DNA of 64,000 nt from Camelus ferus. Taxonomy: Eukaryota. The translations under genes and the position numbers were made by a program. The DNA lies in NCBI RefSeq assembly GCF_009834535.1, contig NC_045697.1, positions 96,598,001 through 96,662,000 of the forward strand, in the 5' to 3' direction. The stretch's first letter is position 1, and every line of letters begins with the position of its first letter. A model generated the notes under the pieces. That model searched no databases and was not told where the DNA came from. It was given only the letters and a program-made list of their open reading frames with translations. Below are positions 36,790-52,300 of the stretch, piece after piece.

Positions 36790-39700
36790 TTGGATAAAAC
36801 AAAGCCACTATTATCCAACCCAGTGGCCTGTACACATCCTGCAGGCAAGCAAGAATTGCTGAATATGATTTTGGACTCCATTATTAAAATAAAGTTTTAA
36901 ATAAGAACATCCATTTCAGAGCCTTAAGAGGGGCAAATTTTAATGTAATAGAATGCTTCTAAGATAAACTAACAAGTTGTTATATTTGTTTCATGTTAAA
37001 TTCAGCTTTTTCCCCCAGCTTCTTTTCCCCATGTTAATGTGTTCTCAAGGTTGAAATAGCTCTGTGATTTTTCAGGATTTTGTGCATTAAGTTGAAGCAT
37101 CATTTACATACATACATACACACACAGAAACACACACATATCTTTTAATGTATATATAATTTAAAATTTATTTTAGATGTAAAATAAAATGACATTTTAT
37201 TTCACTAAAAGCAGTTCAGGCATTACTAAAAAGTCAGGATACTTACTTGTTTGTTTATTTATCACTCATTTTGGAGAACTGGACCTTCTCCAGCAAACTA
37301 AGAACACCATGTGTTTGGTTATTGTAAATGTTCTTTTACAGAAGTCCAAAAATGCTACTTATTTTTATGTAGATGGAGTTCTTGTTATTACTTAACTCAA
37401 AAGAAAATCTCAGTTGCACCCCTTTAAAAATAAATTTGTTGTACGAAATGATTAATCTCATGAATATGAAAGGTAAATTAAGAGCAGGCAACCATGCTGA
37501 AATAAATTCTGTTTCCAATTAAATAAATAATTTAGATAAGCCATTCTTTCTCAGAACTATAAGTTTGGACTTCAAATACATCTTAATTCCAAAAGGCCTA
37601 TATTTTTTAATAATCCCACATACTTTTTCTGCAAAAATAACTTCATATTATTTCTCCTAATTCAAGTTCTTAATTTGGCCCAACTCACAACTTGCTACTG
37701 GTGAAAGTTCAGTTTCCTTTATGTATTAGGGTCTCCTCCCCTTCTTTGGATCAGATAGAAATTTGAAGGGTTTATGTATTGCCAAAGTAGAGAAGTTGAC
37801 CCAAGCCCTGTTGCATTGTGGTTCACATCCCCATTGCTCCTTCTTCCCATAGTGCTGCCGCCTAGTGGAGGCTTTTCCCATCTGGGACCCATTGATGCTC
37901 TGGCCAAGCTCAGAGAACAGGGCTGTGGATGGAGGGGAGATGCCCCACAGATTCTCCTGTTAATTTCTCTGGCTCTCACGTGCACAGACATTCCTCAGGT
38001 ACATAAGCTCAACAAGGTAAGCTGGACATTTGCTACTCTTAAACAAATGACATAAACAGGGAAAACAATCTGAAAACCCATTTACTCTTCAGTCTCAGTA
38101 AACTCTGTCATTTTGGATTAGCCCTCTACAACCTCCTGTTCTTAACCACTCTCTCTGCCCTTTCTTTCTAGTGCCTTTATCTTCTAAATCCAACAGAGGT
38201 CTTGGTGGGATAGAGTGTCTCTGAAGTGCCTTTTGACATCTCATTTTTTTGCCCTGAAACATGACAGGTGTTAAAGGCTGCCTAAAGAAAGTAAGCCCAA
38301 ATCAGAATCTTACAGATTGCAGAAATAAAAATAACTCTCCATTTTGCAAGTCTACCGCAACAGTAAGGACACAATACAAATAGTTAATAACTCAATAAAT
38401 TGTCTTGCCATCTACCTTTTATTTTTCTTAAATCATGCTGTCCTTTAGGAAAAATAATATAGCAAATAGTACAGCTAATGGTAGAACTGTTTCAATATAA
38501 TGGAGAGAAATGAAGAAAATACAGTCTCTGGACTGACTTGTAAGGACAATTTTCTTAATCATTGTTGCTTTCAACAGAAAGATAAAGACAATTCAGAGAT
38601 GAAGGGAAAGGCTTTCGGCTCAAATGTATTGTCTTACCCGGTTTCTGCCACTTGAAATTGTCTAAACCTGGGATATAACCATTAACACTATAGCACAACG
38701 ACTGCAGGTGAAATAGGGGAGATTTTTGTTTGTTTGGCTAGTAAATAATAGATGCAATCACTGCTCACCCAACTTTTTGTGAAAGTGAACTCTTTCCCTA
38801 CTATTAGAATGTCTAATAGTAGGTTAAGGGGAGCCACCAGAGAAAAAATAATAATAACATGCAGATACAGTATGCCAGAAAGAGGAGAAGTAAAGAGAAG
38901 AATGAAATCAAACGAAAATAAAACAAACAACAGTCACAGCGAGACAAGCTTCTCCTCCCTCTGGAACCCAATGGGGCAGTTCTTATAAAAACAAATCTTG
39001 GACGTAAGTAGACAATTTTCTTTCTTACAATTCTAATTCCAGTATATTATTAGTTACAAGCTCGGAAAGCTTTGGGGTAACTACACTTCTGTCATCTCAG
39101 AATTCTCTTTTGTCTTTTAGAAAATGAAGAGAGTAACATTCAAAAAGCCCTTTGGGATCTGCAGATGAAAGCATTATATAGCTATTAAGTGTTAACATAG
39201 GACATTTACATAAGCTTCTGTAAACATCCTGAAATTTGTTTAAAATTATCTATTACTTAAAATGAAAATGAAGAGGAAAAAAAATTTAAGCCTTCAGTAC
39301 AAATGGTAGTTTGGTTAGTTTTGAATTTGAATGCTGGACAGGCTATCAAAAATAAGGAATTTGCCAAAGATTTATAAAGGAACATGAGCTGCCTTAGAAT
39401 TTATGAAAACTGTGTCTTACTTTCTGGAGATATTATGTATGTTATGCGAGTGTTTTCTATCAAATGTTACCATCCAAATTGGATTTAAAATATTTTCAAC
39501 TTCAGTGAACTCTTACTTTATCTATACTCTGAATTTAGTTGCCCTGTTTTTGTTCTGAACACGGTATATTGATTTCAAAATTGAAAGAGCAGTTTTAACT
39601 GCCACCATTATCTCTGTATCCCAAGAAGACCATTGTATAAGTTTCTGTTGAAGGCATTGATGGGGAAATTAAATGGAGATTATTTTATGTTTTAGTCATC

Positions 39701-40834
39701 AGATTTAAAATTCCTTAATTTTTCCACTGGAATTTTGGTTCAGTTTTAAATGAGAGATCTACCATTGTCCAGCAAAACCAGCATTGAGAGGCCCCAGAGA
39801 ATCCCTGGCTCTGACATCAAGGGAAGATGTGAGAGAAAAAAAAAAAAAAAAGAATCCTAAGGTATGGTAATTACTTTTGGCCGAATGCACTCAGCACACT
39901 TAAACAATAAGGGTAAAGTCAATTCTTAAAGTGAGGATAAGAATAAGATGATCATATATTATAAAGCTTATAAAATAGTGATGTTATTTTTCACTCATCA
40001 AAAAATGCATCAAGATGTCTCCAGAATAAAATATTAACAATCAGCAACTGCTCTGTGGTTCAAAGATCTATATTTGATTTGCTTTTCTCAGTATGATCTT
40101 GCCTATAAAATTAAGCATGGGACAGTTACATTTCTTAGTGATGAATCCAAGACAACAATCCATTTCCTTCCTCTAAATAGCATCCTCTTTGAAAAGTGAC
40201 CAGACTGAAAAATGGGTTAAAGCCTCAATGGCCACAGGGCTCCGAAACCCAAACTCAAGCACATTATTCTTGCTTTAGAGAGTCCTCCTTGGCCATGTAT
40301 GCACAGCTACCATCCGGTCACCCCGGCTGTCTTGGGAACAGCCTCTCTGCATTTACACATCTTTAAATTCATGAAGCCTCCTGGCTCGTGTGCATCAACA
40401 CTGTGTGTGGAAGTGTCACCACAGACAAACACCTCAACTGGCAAAAATGAGCTCAGCCACAGATTAGCTCTATAGCACCAAGAAAATAGCCTCTCTGGTC
40501 TTTGGTTCCGCACATATAAAATGATTAGTTTGTACAAAGATCAGTGGTTTCCCAAATCAGCTATGCTTCAGTATTACTTGAAAAGCTTCACAAAAATACA
40601 GATTCCTGGATGTAACCCATATTATCATTATGGAAACCACCTGACTACAGGGCGCAGAAATGTGTGTTCTCTAGGAGTGACAAAAGTAAGCTTTGGACTC
40701 ACATTTGATAACCAGGAGACTAGATGACACCAGAAGTCTCTTTGATTTCAGTAATACTGAGTCCAAAAATACCAAAGAAATAACAGAACAACTATGCTCT
40801 CCTAAATTTATCCATCTTTATACATCTTCTCACT

Positions 40835-41030
40835 GGTTTTTGCCAGGTGCCATTCCATGCATAATATTAGTTGGTTTACGTATAGTATTTTATTTAATTA
40901 ATTCTGCCACCTGATAGGACAGTGTTTTTTCATTTGACAGATGACAAAACCATGGCCTACTTACCAGATTCATTTGGCAAACGGCAGCACTGCCAGTATC
41001 TAACCCCGGGGCTGTCTGACTGTAAGACTG
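40835..41030 (-). mobile_element. MIR fossil (part of the duplicated donor segment)
   Basis: catttgacagatgacaaaac...tctaaccccggggctgtctgactgtaagac resembles reverse MIR. Confidence 0.6.
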
Positions 41031-41126
41031 TGTCATCATCGCTGCCACTGTCGCTGTTATTACTGTTATTATTGTTACACTGCACTGTCTCTACTTGGCT
41101 ATAACACATGATGAATGAAATTACTG
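40857..41126 (+). repeat. 270-bp segment duplicated in inverted orientation at 62961-63233 (inferred donor)
   Basis: Manual alignment to the reverse complement of 62961-63233 gives 9 substitutions and 3 small indels. Confidence 0.95.
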
Positions 41127-42222
41127 GGGTAGAAAATAGCACTGTATAGATTATCAAAATGTCACTCTCAAAATGCCTACAACAAATCAAGAAAATAAAG
41201 GAAGGAATGAAGAATGTAAGAAGGGAGGAAGGAAGGGGAAAAGTTGTTTATTGATACCTGTAAAAACTTGATATGATTTGTCTTCCTGAAAATTCGATTT
41301 AACCCAACAATGTCAATGCTTCCCAAAACATTTCGTTGTCAATTCATAAAATATTTAAGACTATTAAGATAAAATCAATGAAGTACAATTTAAATAAAGA
41401 ATACAACAAAATTCTGAGCAAAAGGTAATTCAGCCAACTGCAATAAGTATTAAAAGCACATTAATGTTCCCGATTTTTTCAGGAAGGTCAGATGTGGAGA
41501 ACTGTGATAGGTCCCAGGCTCAAAATGGTAAACAACAGAGTCCCTTCTATCAAGGACCCTGGACTGTAGAGTTAGGGGCAAATAAACAGGCTAATAGTAG
41601 CAGTACTGTGTGGCAGATGTACTGGTAAAGAACAGATAGAAACAGCCACGGGAAGGATGTAATAAGGTTTCTCACTTACTCTCACTGCTGACAGCTTTTA
41701 AGGGACACCTCTCTGTCTTTGCTTTCTGCCCCACACCTGCACAAGCTGAAAGAAAACTTAGATGCTCCTTACTCTAGTGCCGATGGAGGATTCAAAGTAC
41801 ACAAGCTCCTACATGCACACTCCTTTAAGGTCATAAAGCATGAGAACTCTCTCATCAGCCCACACCTTCAGCACAGTAAAACCCCCCAGCCAGTCTCCTT
41901 TTCTTATTCATTCAAGCCATTTTTAGCCCAGTTTGGAGACCTTCCCTACTTGTCCCAGAGAAGCCTTTTTGTGTAAATGATAACCTTTTTATGCCTTCTT
42001 AGGATGTGTGCTGTCATCTTGGAGTCAACTTGTCTTTGTAGGAGATCCCACACAAAGATATAGGAAGGGCTACATGCCCAGAGCAGGCTACTCAATTTAT
42101 TACATGAAAATAATATAGATAAGACTAATGTTACAGTATTTTTTTTGTCTGGAAGCTTGTTTCAATGAAAAATAACCTAAGAACAGATACTGGAATACTC
42201 CATTTTTTTACTTTACAGAGAA

Positions 42223-42249
42223 ACACACACACACACACACACACACACA
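42223..42249. repeat. (AC)n microsatellite
   Basis: About 13 perfect AC units. Confidence 0.95.
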
Positions 42250-43319
42250 TATCTAATAAGAAGAAAACTGGGACAGCATTGGATGTTAGACAATGAACCC
42301 AACCCCCACACTTGGTACAGTGAAGATTTCTGGCAGTAAAGGTTGCCGGTACAAGCAGAATAAGAATATGCACTGGCCTATTATTGTGCAGCATTGCACA
42401 GAGCAACTTAAAAGGAAAGAATAACATTTTCTCTCTCACACTCTCCAGCCCCCAACCAATTGCCATGCAATCCCGTAAATGAAGGGAAGTATGGTTTGCT
42501 CAATATTTTAATCGGACTGATGAGCACGAAGGAAAAAAATAATTACAGAGGATGTGAAAATGCTCAAATATTCAATCCAAAGTAAATAGCTAGTTTAGAA
42601 CAAAGATTCCAGGCATGATTAATTTTTATTTGATAGTTTATGTTTGGCCTTTTTATTTTTACTTATAAACTAAATAGTAAGATAGTATTTTTCTCAGCAT
42701 CTTCCCTCAGCTTCCCTTATAAGATTCTCAGTTTATGTATTTGATCTTGAGGAAAGTACATTAACTAAGAAGTAATAGTTCACAGAGAAGGTTTCAATTT
42801 TTTTTCTTAAACCAGGTATCAGTACCCTGAGGGAACCAGTCTAAATCTAGTAGAGTGTTTTTAATTGCTGTGGTTTAGGTTTATTAGTATATTTGTTCTT
42901 TATTACAGCTGTATAATTCCACAATTGCAATCTTTTCTCCTTCTACTATTTAAAATACTAAGTAATGGTAACTAAAAGATACATTTGAACTTGTTACATT
43001 AGGGTACACAGTGTCTCATTTAAATGTTATCATATACCTTTTATTTCATACACCTCATTCCTATGAAAAGCAGAGTATCTGCCTGTCACACAGAAGAAGA
43101 ATTTTATAACTAGCTCTCTAGATATAGTTGAGGTAGTGAGGTATATAATTTGCAAGATAACCACAGTACAAATGAGATTTTTAATGCTTCAATTCTTCAT
43201 ATTAATGTAAATAGTATCATCAGTTCATATATTTCTCTTAAACTCTATACTTATTCACAAATACATATGCTTCATAGATAATTCATACTTAAAAGTCCTA
43301 AATTGATGTACTTATTACA

Positions 43320-43880
43320 TGAAACCTACTTATTAAATTGCATTGCATTTCTGATCTCACTTATTCCTCCTGGTACCCAGGTTAGAAACTCCTGACTAAT
43401 GTTTGACATTTCTCCCCCTTCAGCCCCACACCCAATCTGTTATCAAATCCTTTCTATCATATATATATACACACAGACACACACACACACACATATATAG
43501 ATTATTGTTTTCAGATGCTTGTGTCCTCATTATCATTGGCAATATTTTTATAACTGAATTATTACAATAGTATCTAAGTGATATCACCTTCATTCTCCTC
43601 TCATGCTAGTTCACCATTCTGTCTTTACTACTTGTCTGCTCAAAACAAATATAACTCAGTTGCAAAATCCAGCAGTGTTTTCACATTTTCACTAAAAGCT
43701 GAAATTAGTAGTACAGAAGAAGTTAATGTAATGCAGCGTGGCATACTGTGTCTGACCTCTATACCTCTGCAAATTCTGTGTTTAGATTATTCTGTCTTCT
43801 ACTTTGTATCACCCCAGGGATGGACTGCTCAAGTTCACATTGTTTGAAAAATTAAGTCAGATGTTACATGCTCTAGAAAA
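43320..43880 (+). mobile_element. L2 LINE fossil with an embedded TA/CA microsatellite
   Basis: cacccaatctgttatcaaatcc, tgaattattacaatagtatctaagtgatatc and cagatgttacatgctctagaaaaccttc resemble the L2 3' half. Confidence 0.55.
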
Positions 43881-44149
43881 CCTTCAATTTTTTTTTTTTT
43901 TTTTGGGGCAGTGACTTGCAGTCATTTCCTTCTTCCATAGAAATGCAGCCTTTTGGGTTTTTTTTTAAGCCAGGCACATACTTGATATAGATACTATATG
44001 TCCTACCAGACATCTTTGAAGCTAATAGTTCATAGATGAACTTTGGGACTATGAAATATAAACTAAAATATCATATGGAACCTTCAGGGAGCCTTTCTTT
44101 CGAGATGATTGATGCACTCTCATTGACCCTTCAGGCTTCTTGATCGCTG

Positions 44150-44410
44150 GAACATCAGTAGGCTATTGGCACAAGAATGGGGATTACTGGTACTCTAGCA
44201 AAGACCTGGGATGAAGTAAAGTATTGTGCTTTGCAATGAAGAGGTGAAATGAGCCCAGAGCTCTGAGGGAGACAGAGCCAACACACTAGCCTTGGACTCT
44301 CTTATCTCCAGGCTTCTATTAATGTGAGACCAAAAAATAAATATTTTTCTCATGTAATACACTGATAATTTGGGGGACTCTGTTACCTGCCACTGAACTT
44401 AATATTAGGA
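44150..44410 (+). mobile_element. Old MaLR LTR (MLT1-type) fragment
   Basis: ccaggcttctattaatgtgagac-aaaaataaat...ctctgttacctgccactgaac resembles an MLT1 3' end. Confidence 0.5.
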
Positions 44411-47400
44411 TGTACTCCTCAATTCCAAATTGTTGAACTGATCTACTCAACATTCCTATTACCATTTCATATTCACTGATTACAATGTATTGCAAATATT
44501 TGTTTATACGATTTTCTTCTGGTCTGTATGCGGAAAATATGATGAGAAGTTGAAGATTTTTTTAATAATTAACATTTTATTTATTTAGTGTTTATTAAAG
44601 TGTATTTCTACATTTAAGCATTTATTGAATGTTAGACACAACAATAAATATGAGGGATAAAGAGATGAATATTATATAGCCTACCTTTTTTATTATTGTC
44701 TAGCACAATCCCTTCTAAATGAAAGGTGCTAAGAAATCTTTATTACATGAATAATCATATGTACTCCTCAAAGTTCTGTGATGTTGGGTAGTGTAACTTA
44801 TTTATACTTTGCTAGAGGCTTCTTAACTTAGTTGGTAGAACACTGTGAAAGGGCATCTTAACCAAATTAATGTACTCTTGACCCACAACTCAAAATCAGA
44901 AAATGAAAACAATTTAGCCATTTGTACTACTGTCCAAATCTGGTTTTAAAACATTATGCAAATATTAGGCAAATTTAACTATAATCTATGATATGTTTCC
45001 AAAACAAATAGTACGAAATGTAAAATAAGCATTCATATAAAGTTTATATTAATATATCACTATTCTGATTTCAGTTTCAAGGAAAGCAGTAGGAAGACCT
45101 AAATGATAGTCTGATAAAAACGTTCAAAGTTCTTGTCAACACACCAATTAGTATAGTTAAAGACAATTTTTAAAATTCTTTTCTATGGAGAGTCTTTCAT
45201 ACAATTCTTACCTTAGAATATATCCTTTATAAACTACATTTTGTTACATTTTTTTCACAGTAAGTATATTCTCATTTAACAAAATTCCATTGGTTCTCTA
45301 TCAAAGATTGGACACTTGTGAGAGAGCCAGGTTTAAGTTAAAAAGATGCCAAGCTGGTATGATTTCATGTACCTAGACAAGGTGCTTCTGAATGTTTCTG
45401 ACTTAAAAGATAAGCTAACAAAGTTCTTTTATAATGAAAATATAAATTTAAAAAGATCACTATATAAAATCATGACTAGGTTGTTAGTTAATTAGTGGAA
45501 TATAAGTGATACAAATTTGCAGTCTAATAGTTAGGTCTTTTCTTTATACATATATTTAAGTGCAGGTAAACTGCAAGAAAGAAGACGTAACAAGTTCACT
45601 GAAGCAAGAATCCTTTGAGCAGTGAATAAGTAGCAAAAGCACACTGGAAATGGAACAAGAGTGTTCCATGAGTCCATGAGTGGAAAAGGAAGTCCTTAGA
45701 AGGTGAAAAAAAAAAAAAAAAAAAAGTCTACTCAGAACAAACAAGCAAATTCACAGCTATGCTGAGACTGGTATTAGCTTTGTTCTTTGCATTCTTTGCT
45801 ATATAGAGGGCTATTTTTCATTTTGAAAACCTGATTAAATATTTTAGATTATTACTAGTACCATACACATAGAATTATACAAATAACCTTTATCTACATG
45901 ATCTACATTATCTCATTTGAGTCTCTTCACAACCTAAGCAAGTCCATTTACAATCTTGAAGTCAACATCAAGGTTAATGATTTAACCACCATTTTACATA
46001 AGCAAATTACAAAGATGTTAATAAACACTGATCACACATTTTATAATTATTGACTCACTAAACATTGTTATTAAGATCATACTATCATATTCAATTTTTA
46101 AAAAGAAATTTAATATTAAGTGCAATTGAGGGTCACTCTGAAACATCCTAATGTTGGGATAAGTCCAAAATGTCAACAATAATTCAGATGTCTGAGGAGA
46201 GGTTTACAGAAAAAAGCAGTTACAAGGGCATACATGTAAATGAAGTATCATTGAAGATAAGTTAATGAAGTGAAAATGCTCACTTTTAAAGATGTAAAAG
46301 CACAATGAAAATAAATATACTTTCATAAAGTAGAGGGGGTGAGATAAGGAGTGGGCTGAAATGTGAGAAGAGCTGTAGGAGGAAAAAAGTAGAAGATATT
46401 TTTAAAATAAAAGATGCTTGAACTTGATGTAAACGCAGGGAGAAATGTAATGTGAGATGTGAAATTTTAGATGCTGAAAATCTCAGCCCGTTTATCAACC
46501 AGGTACCACTCTGTTAGCAGTAGAACTGGCATTTGCTAGCTTTCTTCTCAAAAATTAAAAATTTTTTTTTTATAATCGTGATTTAGAGCTGAGTGAGAGG
46601 ATTTATAACCAAATAGAATTGTTTCAACCATTTCTCCATATTTTATTTTGAATAAAATTGACTTTTCATGAACATCTTCCATAAGTATATTAATTCTTTT
46701 ATGACTTAGTGGTTTTGTCATGGGAATAGAAACCCTGGTCATATCATAAACATTGCTGATTTCTGAGCAGTTTACTGTCATTGAAATGGATAGATTCCAA
46801 CATCACAACTTTAAACTCTGAGAAAAAATTACTATCTAATGCAAAGCTCATTAATAGAGCATAATTGGAGAGAGGAGTTCAAGATGGCAGCATAGGAAGA
46901 CTCTAAACTCACTCCCATCCATGGACACAACAAATTTACAGCTATATATGGAATAATTTTCTTCTGGAAAGGACCTAAGAACTAGACGAACAGCAACTCT
47001 ATAACAACAACAACACAACAACAACACAGAAGAGATGCACTGAGAAGGGTAGGAGAGGCAGAAATATGGCCTTGCTTAGGACACCACCCCAGACACGATG
47101 ACCCCACAATTGAGAGGGATTCCAAAAATACAGAACTCCCCCTAGTGGAGTGATAGGAGTGAGCCTCAGATTAGGCACCCCACCCCTCGGAGCTGGCACC
47201 AAAAAAGACAAGACCCCAAAACTTCTGCTTTTGACAATCAATGGGGATTAAGAGCAGGAGATTTATAGAAAATGGGGTAAATGGAGATCTGCTGTTAAAG
47301 AGCTTGCAGGCAGAACTTTTGCCCTGAGATCCAGTGCAAAAGCAACAGATTGAAAAATGCCTACACAATAAGTGAGGAAGACACACTTCCTAATTTTAAA

Positions 47401-47980
47401 GCAGCAGCCAAGAGGTAGGAACCTGCAGGGACTTTATCTGGAGATGGAAGTGTTGGCAATGACATTTTTGCAGGATGCTAGCCTGCTGGGGACAGAGCTG
47501 AGGGGTGCTGTTTGCGGGGCCCTTTCTCTAGCTTATTAGCACTGGAGGTCAGGCTCTGACCACCCATATTGTTATTGGCCCAAGTGAGAACCCTGCGTCA
47601 CACTCACCCCAAGAAGCCCTGGAATCACAACCGGCCCAGGCAGTGCTCCAAGCCCTGCCTTCCCCACATATTGGACAAGCCACAACCAAAATATGTAAGT
47701 ACACTGAGTCTTGTCCTCCCTGCACAGCAGCCAGCCCACAATCAGGCCAGGAGAGCATCCTGAACTCCACCCTCGCTGTGCAGCAGCTGTGGCCCTATTA
47801 CATCTGGCACAAAACACATTCCACACAAAGGACATGCATAGAGTACCTGGGTCTGGTGATCAGGCGAAATTGTACTTTTCGGCCACACGGAACAGCACCT
47901 CCACAAGAATCTTTATTCAAGAATGAAGGAGGTAGCTGTTTCACCTAATACATATAGACAAACACAGAGAGATAGGTAAA

Positions 47981-48870
47981 ATGAAGATGAATATGTTCCA
48001 AACCAAAGAATGAGGCAAATCTCCAGAAAAAGAATTCAATGGAATGGAGATAAGCAACCTACCTGATAAAGAGTTCAAAGTAATGGTCATAAAGACGCTC
48101 ACTGATCTGGGGAGAAGAATAGAGGAACACACCAAAAACTTCAACAAAAAGGTAGAAAATATAAGACAGTACCAAACAGAAGTTATAACTGAACTGAAAA
48201 AAAAAATACTAGGGGCGATCAATAGCACAGTGAATGAAATGGAAGCATGAATCAGTGAGTTAGAAGACAAAGCAATGGAAAATGTTCAGACAGAGAAGAT
48301 AAATTTAAAAAGAATTTTAAAAATTAAAGATACTTTCAGGGACCTTTGTGACAACATCAAGTGCTGTAACATTTAGATTATAGGAGAAGAGAGATAGAGA
48401 AAGGGCCAGAAAAATTATTTGAAGAAATAATGGCTGAAAACTTCCATACTCCGGGGAAGGAAACAGAGGTGCAGGTCCAGGAAATCCAGAACTTTCCAGA
48501 TAAGACAAACCCAAAGAGAAACACACTGATACACATTCTAATTAAAATGGCAAATGATAAGGGTAAAGAGAGAGTCTCAAAAGCAGCAAGAAAAATGCAA
48601 GTTTTTATATTCTCAGGGAACACCACAAGGCCATTAGCAGATTTTTCAGCAGATACTTTATAGGCAAGAAGGGAATGGCGTCACATATTCAAAGTGCTAA
48701 AAGTAAAAATTTCCGACCAGGATTGCTCGACCTGGCAAAGTTACCATTCAGAATTGAAGGAAAGATTAATAGTTTTCCAGATAAGGAAAAACTAAAAATG
48801 AAAAAAAGTTTATCACCACTAAACCAGCCTTAGAAGAAAGGTTAAAAGTACATCTCTCAGCTAAAAAGTA
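47981..48870 (+). pseudogene. L1 ORF1p remnant (stops and frameshifts)
   Basis: Peptides MEISNLPDKEFKVMVIK...FNKKVENI and MAENF...VQVQE...NPKRNT..HILIKM are typical of L1 ORF1p. Confidence 0.9.
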
Positions 48871-49351
48871 GGCATTAATTAATAATGAGAAAATATTACA
48901 AATAATTCACCAGAAAAAAAGTAAATAATTTAAAAAGATAGTGAATCATTCACTTACAAAGAAAATATGAAAGGTAAAAGGAAAAAGTAGTAAAATTAAT
49001 TAAAAATACAACAATTAATTAAGGAATACACAAAATAAAAAGAGTAAACTGTGTCATCAATAATATAAAATGTGGGACAGAGGAGTCAAAATATAAAGCT
49101 TTGAAATGTGTTGCTTTCAACTTAAAAATTAAGTTGCTATCAACTTTAAAAAGACTGTTATATGCACAGGATGTTACATGTGAACCTCATGATAACCACA
49201 AAGAAAAAATAATATTGTAAATACACAAAACAAAATGAGAAAAGAATTGAAACTTAACAGTAGAGAAAACAATTTATGCACAAGGGGAGAAAGAAAGAAG
49301 AAAGAAGGAACAGAGGGAAACTACATAAAAATCCAGAAAACAATTAACAAT

Positions 49352-52300
49352 ATGGCAATAAGTACATGTCTAACAATAATTACCTTAAATGTAAATGGGA
49401 CAAAATTCTCCAGTCAAAAGGCAAGGGTGGCTGAATGGATAAAAAAATAAGATCCTTCTATATGCTGCCAACAAGAGATTTATATCAAACCTAAAGGCAT
49501 TCACAGACTAAAAGTGAAAGGATGAAAAAAGATGTACACACAAACAGAAACAAACAAAAAAGGCTAGGGTAGCAATTATTATATTAGGAAAAACAGACTT
49601 TAAAACAAAGGCTATAACAGAAGATAAGAACATTACATGATGATAAAAAGGATTAATCCAACAAGAGGATATAACATTTGTAAACAATTTTGTACTCAAA
49701 ATAGGCACACCTACATATATAAAGCAAATATTAACACATTAAAAAGGGAGAAATAGCAATATAGTAATAGAAGGGTACTTTAATACCCAGCTTACATCAA
49801 TGAATAATAAACAGGTCACCCAGTCAGAAAATCAGTAAGAAAATATTGGCCTTGAACAATACATTATACCAGATAGACTTAAAAGACATAAATAGAACAT
49901 TACATCCAAAAACAACAGATTACATACTGTTTTCAAGTGCATGTGGAACAGTCTCCAGGATAGGTCACATGTTAAACAACAAAACAAGTCTCAGTAAATT
50001 TAAGAATGAAATCGTACCAAGCGTCTTTTCTAACCACAACAGTATGGGAATAGAATCAACTATTAGAAAAAAAAACAAACTGGAAAATACATGGGAGGCT
50101 AAACAATATGTCACTAACCAACCAACTGGTCACTGAAAAAATCAAACAAGAAATCCAAAAATACCTTGAGACAAATGAAAATGGAAACACAACATTCCAA
50201 AATCTTTGATACACAGCAAAAGCAGTTCAAAGAAGGAAGTTCATACCAATAAAGATTTACCTCGAAACCAAGAAAAAGCTCAAAAAACAAAACAAAACAA
50301 AACAAAACCCCAAAACCAACCTAAGTTAACATTTAAAGGAATCAGAAAAGAAAGCATAAAGTTAGTAGGAGAAAGGAAATAAAATTTGAGTGGGAATAAA
50401 CGAAATGGACATAAGAAAAAACAAAAGAAAGAAAAGATCAGTAAAACTGAGAGCTTGTTCTTTGAAAAGATAAATCAAATCAACAAACGTTAGCCAGACT
50501 CATCAAGCAAAAAAGAAAGCCCAAATAAATAAAATCATATATAAAAAGAAATTACAATTAATATCACAGAAATACAAAGAATCAATAGAAAATACTATAA
50601 GGAACTATAAACCAACAAAGTAGACAACCTGAAAAAAGTGGATAAATTCCTAGAAACATACAATCTTCCAAGACTAATCCATGAAGAAATAGAAAATCTG
50701 AATATACTGATTACTAGCCATGGCATTCAATCAGTAATCGAAAAACTCTCAACAAACAAAAGTACAGGTCCAGATGGCTTCAAAAGTGAATTCTACCAAG
50801 CATTTAAAGAAGAACTAACACCGATCCTTCTCAAATTATACCACAGAAATGAAGAGGAAGAAACTTTCAAACTCATTTTATTAGGCCAGCTTTGCACTGA
50901 TACCAAAACCAGACAAAGACAAGTAAAAAATATATATATATGCCAATATCACTGACAAACGTAGATGCAAAAGTCCTCAACAAAATACTAGCAAACTTAA
51001 TTGAACAACATTAAAAGGATCATACGCTATGATCAAGTGGGATTCATGCCAGAGATACAAGAATGGTTTATCATCTACAAATGAATCAATGTGATGTAAT
51101 GCATAACAAAATGAAGGCTAACAAAATGAAGGATAAAAATCATATAATCATCTCAGTAGATACAGGAAAAGCATTTGACAAAATTCAACATGTTTTATAA
51201 TAAAAACCTTCAACAAAGTGGGTATAGTAGGCACATAGCTCAACAAATAAAGGCCATGTATGACATGATACCCAAAGCTGAAAAGCTGAAAGCTTTTCCT
51301 CTAAGATCAAGAATAAGATAAGGACATTGACTGACACCAATAAAATAGTATTCGAAGTCTTAGCCATGGCAAGTAGGCAAGACAAAGAAATAAAACATAC
51401 CTAAATTGGAAAGAAAGACATAAAACTGTCACTATTTGCAAATGGCATGATACTGTATACAGAAAACCCCAAAGACTCCACCAAAACTATTAGAACTGAT
51501 ACATGAATTCAGTAGTTAGCAGGATACAAAATTAATATACAGGTATCTGTTGCATTTCTATACAATAACAATGAATCATCAGAAAGAGAAATCAAGAAAA
51601 CAATCCCATTTGCAATTTCATCAAAAACAATAAAATATCTAGGAGTCAATTTAACCAAGTAGGTGAAAGAACTGCAGTCCAGAAAAAATATGATGTTGAG
51701 GTAAGAAACTGAAGTGAAAACAAATAAATAGAAAGATAAACCAAGTTTATGCATTGGAAGAATTAATATTGTTAAAATGTCTCAAAGCAATCTATAGATT
51801 CAATGTAATTTCTCTAAAATACCCACGGCATTTTTCACAGCACTAGAAGAAATAATCCTAAAATTTGTATGGAACCACAAAAGACCCCAAATAGCCAAAA
51901 CAATCTTGAGAAAGACGAACAAAGCTGGAGGTACCATGGTCCCAGACTTGAAACTATATTACAAAGTTAAAGTAATCTAAATAGTATGGTATGGGCACAA
52001 AAATAGACACATAGGTCATGGGACAGAATAGAGAGCCCAAAAATATAAACAGAGAGGGTTTACAATGGAAATGAGAGTCTCTTCAGTAAGTGGTGCTGGG
52101 AAAATGGGATAGCTACATTCAAAAAAAATTAAAAAGGACTACTTTCTTACACCGTAAACAAAAATATACTCAAAATGAATTAAAGACTTAAGTATAAGAC
52201 CTGAAACCAGAAAACCCCTAGAAGAAGACATAGGCAGTATGCTCTCTGATAGAAGTCTTGTCAATTTTTTTTGGATCTGTCTCCTTAGGCCAGGGCAACA

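Noticed and set aside
40857..41126. The 41-kb/63-kb match as two ordinary MIR copies or an assembly error
   Set aside because: About 95% identity far exceeds that between independent MIRs and extends into non-MIR sequence. The scattered, CpG-biased differences indicate a real, aged duplication.
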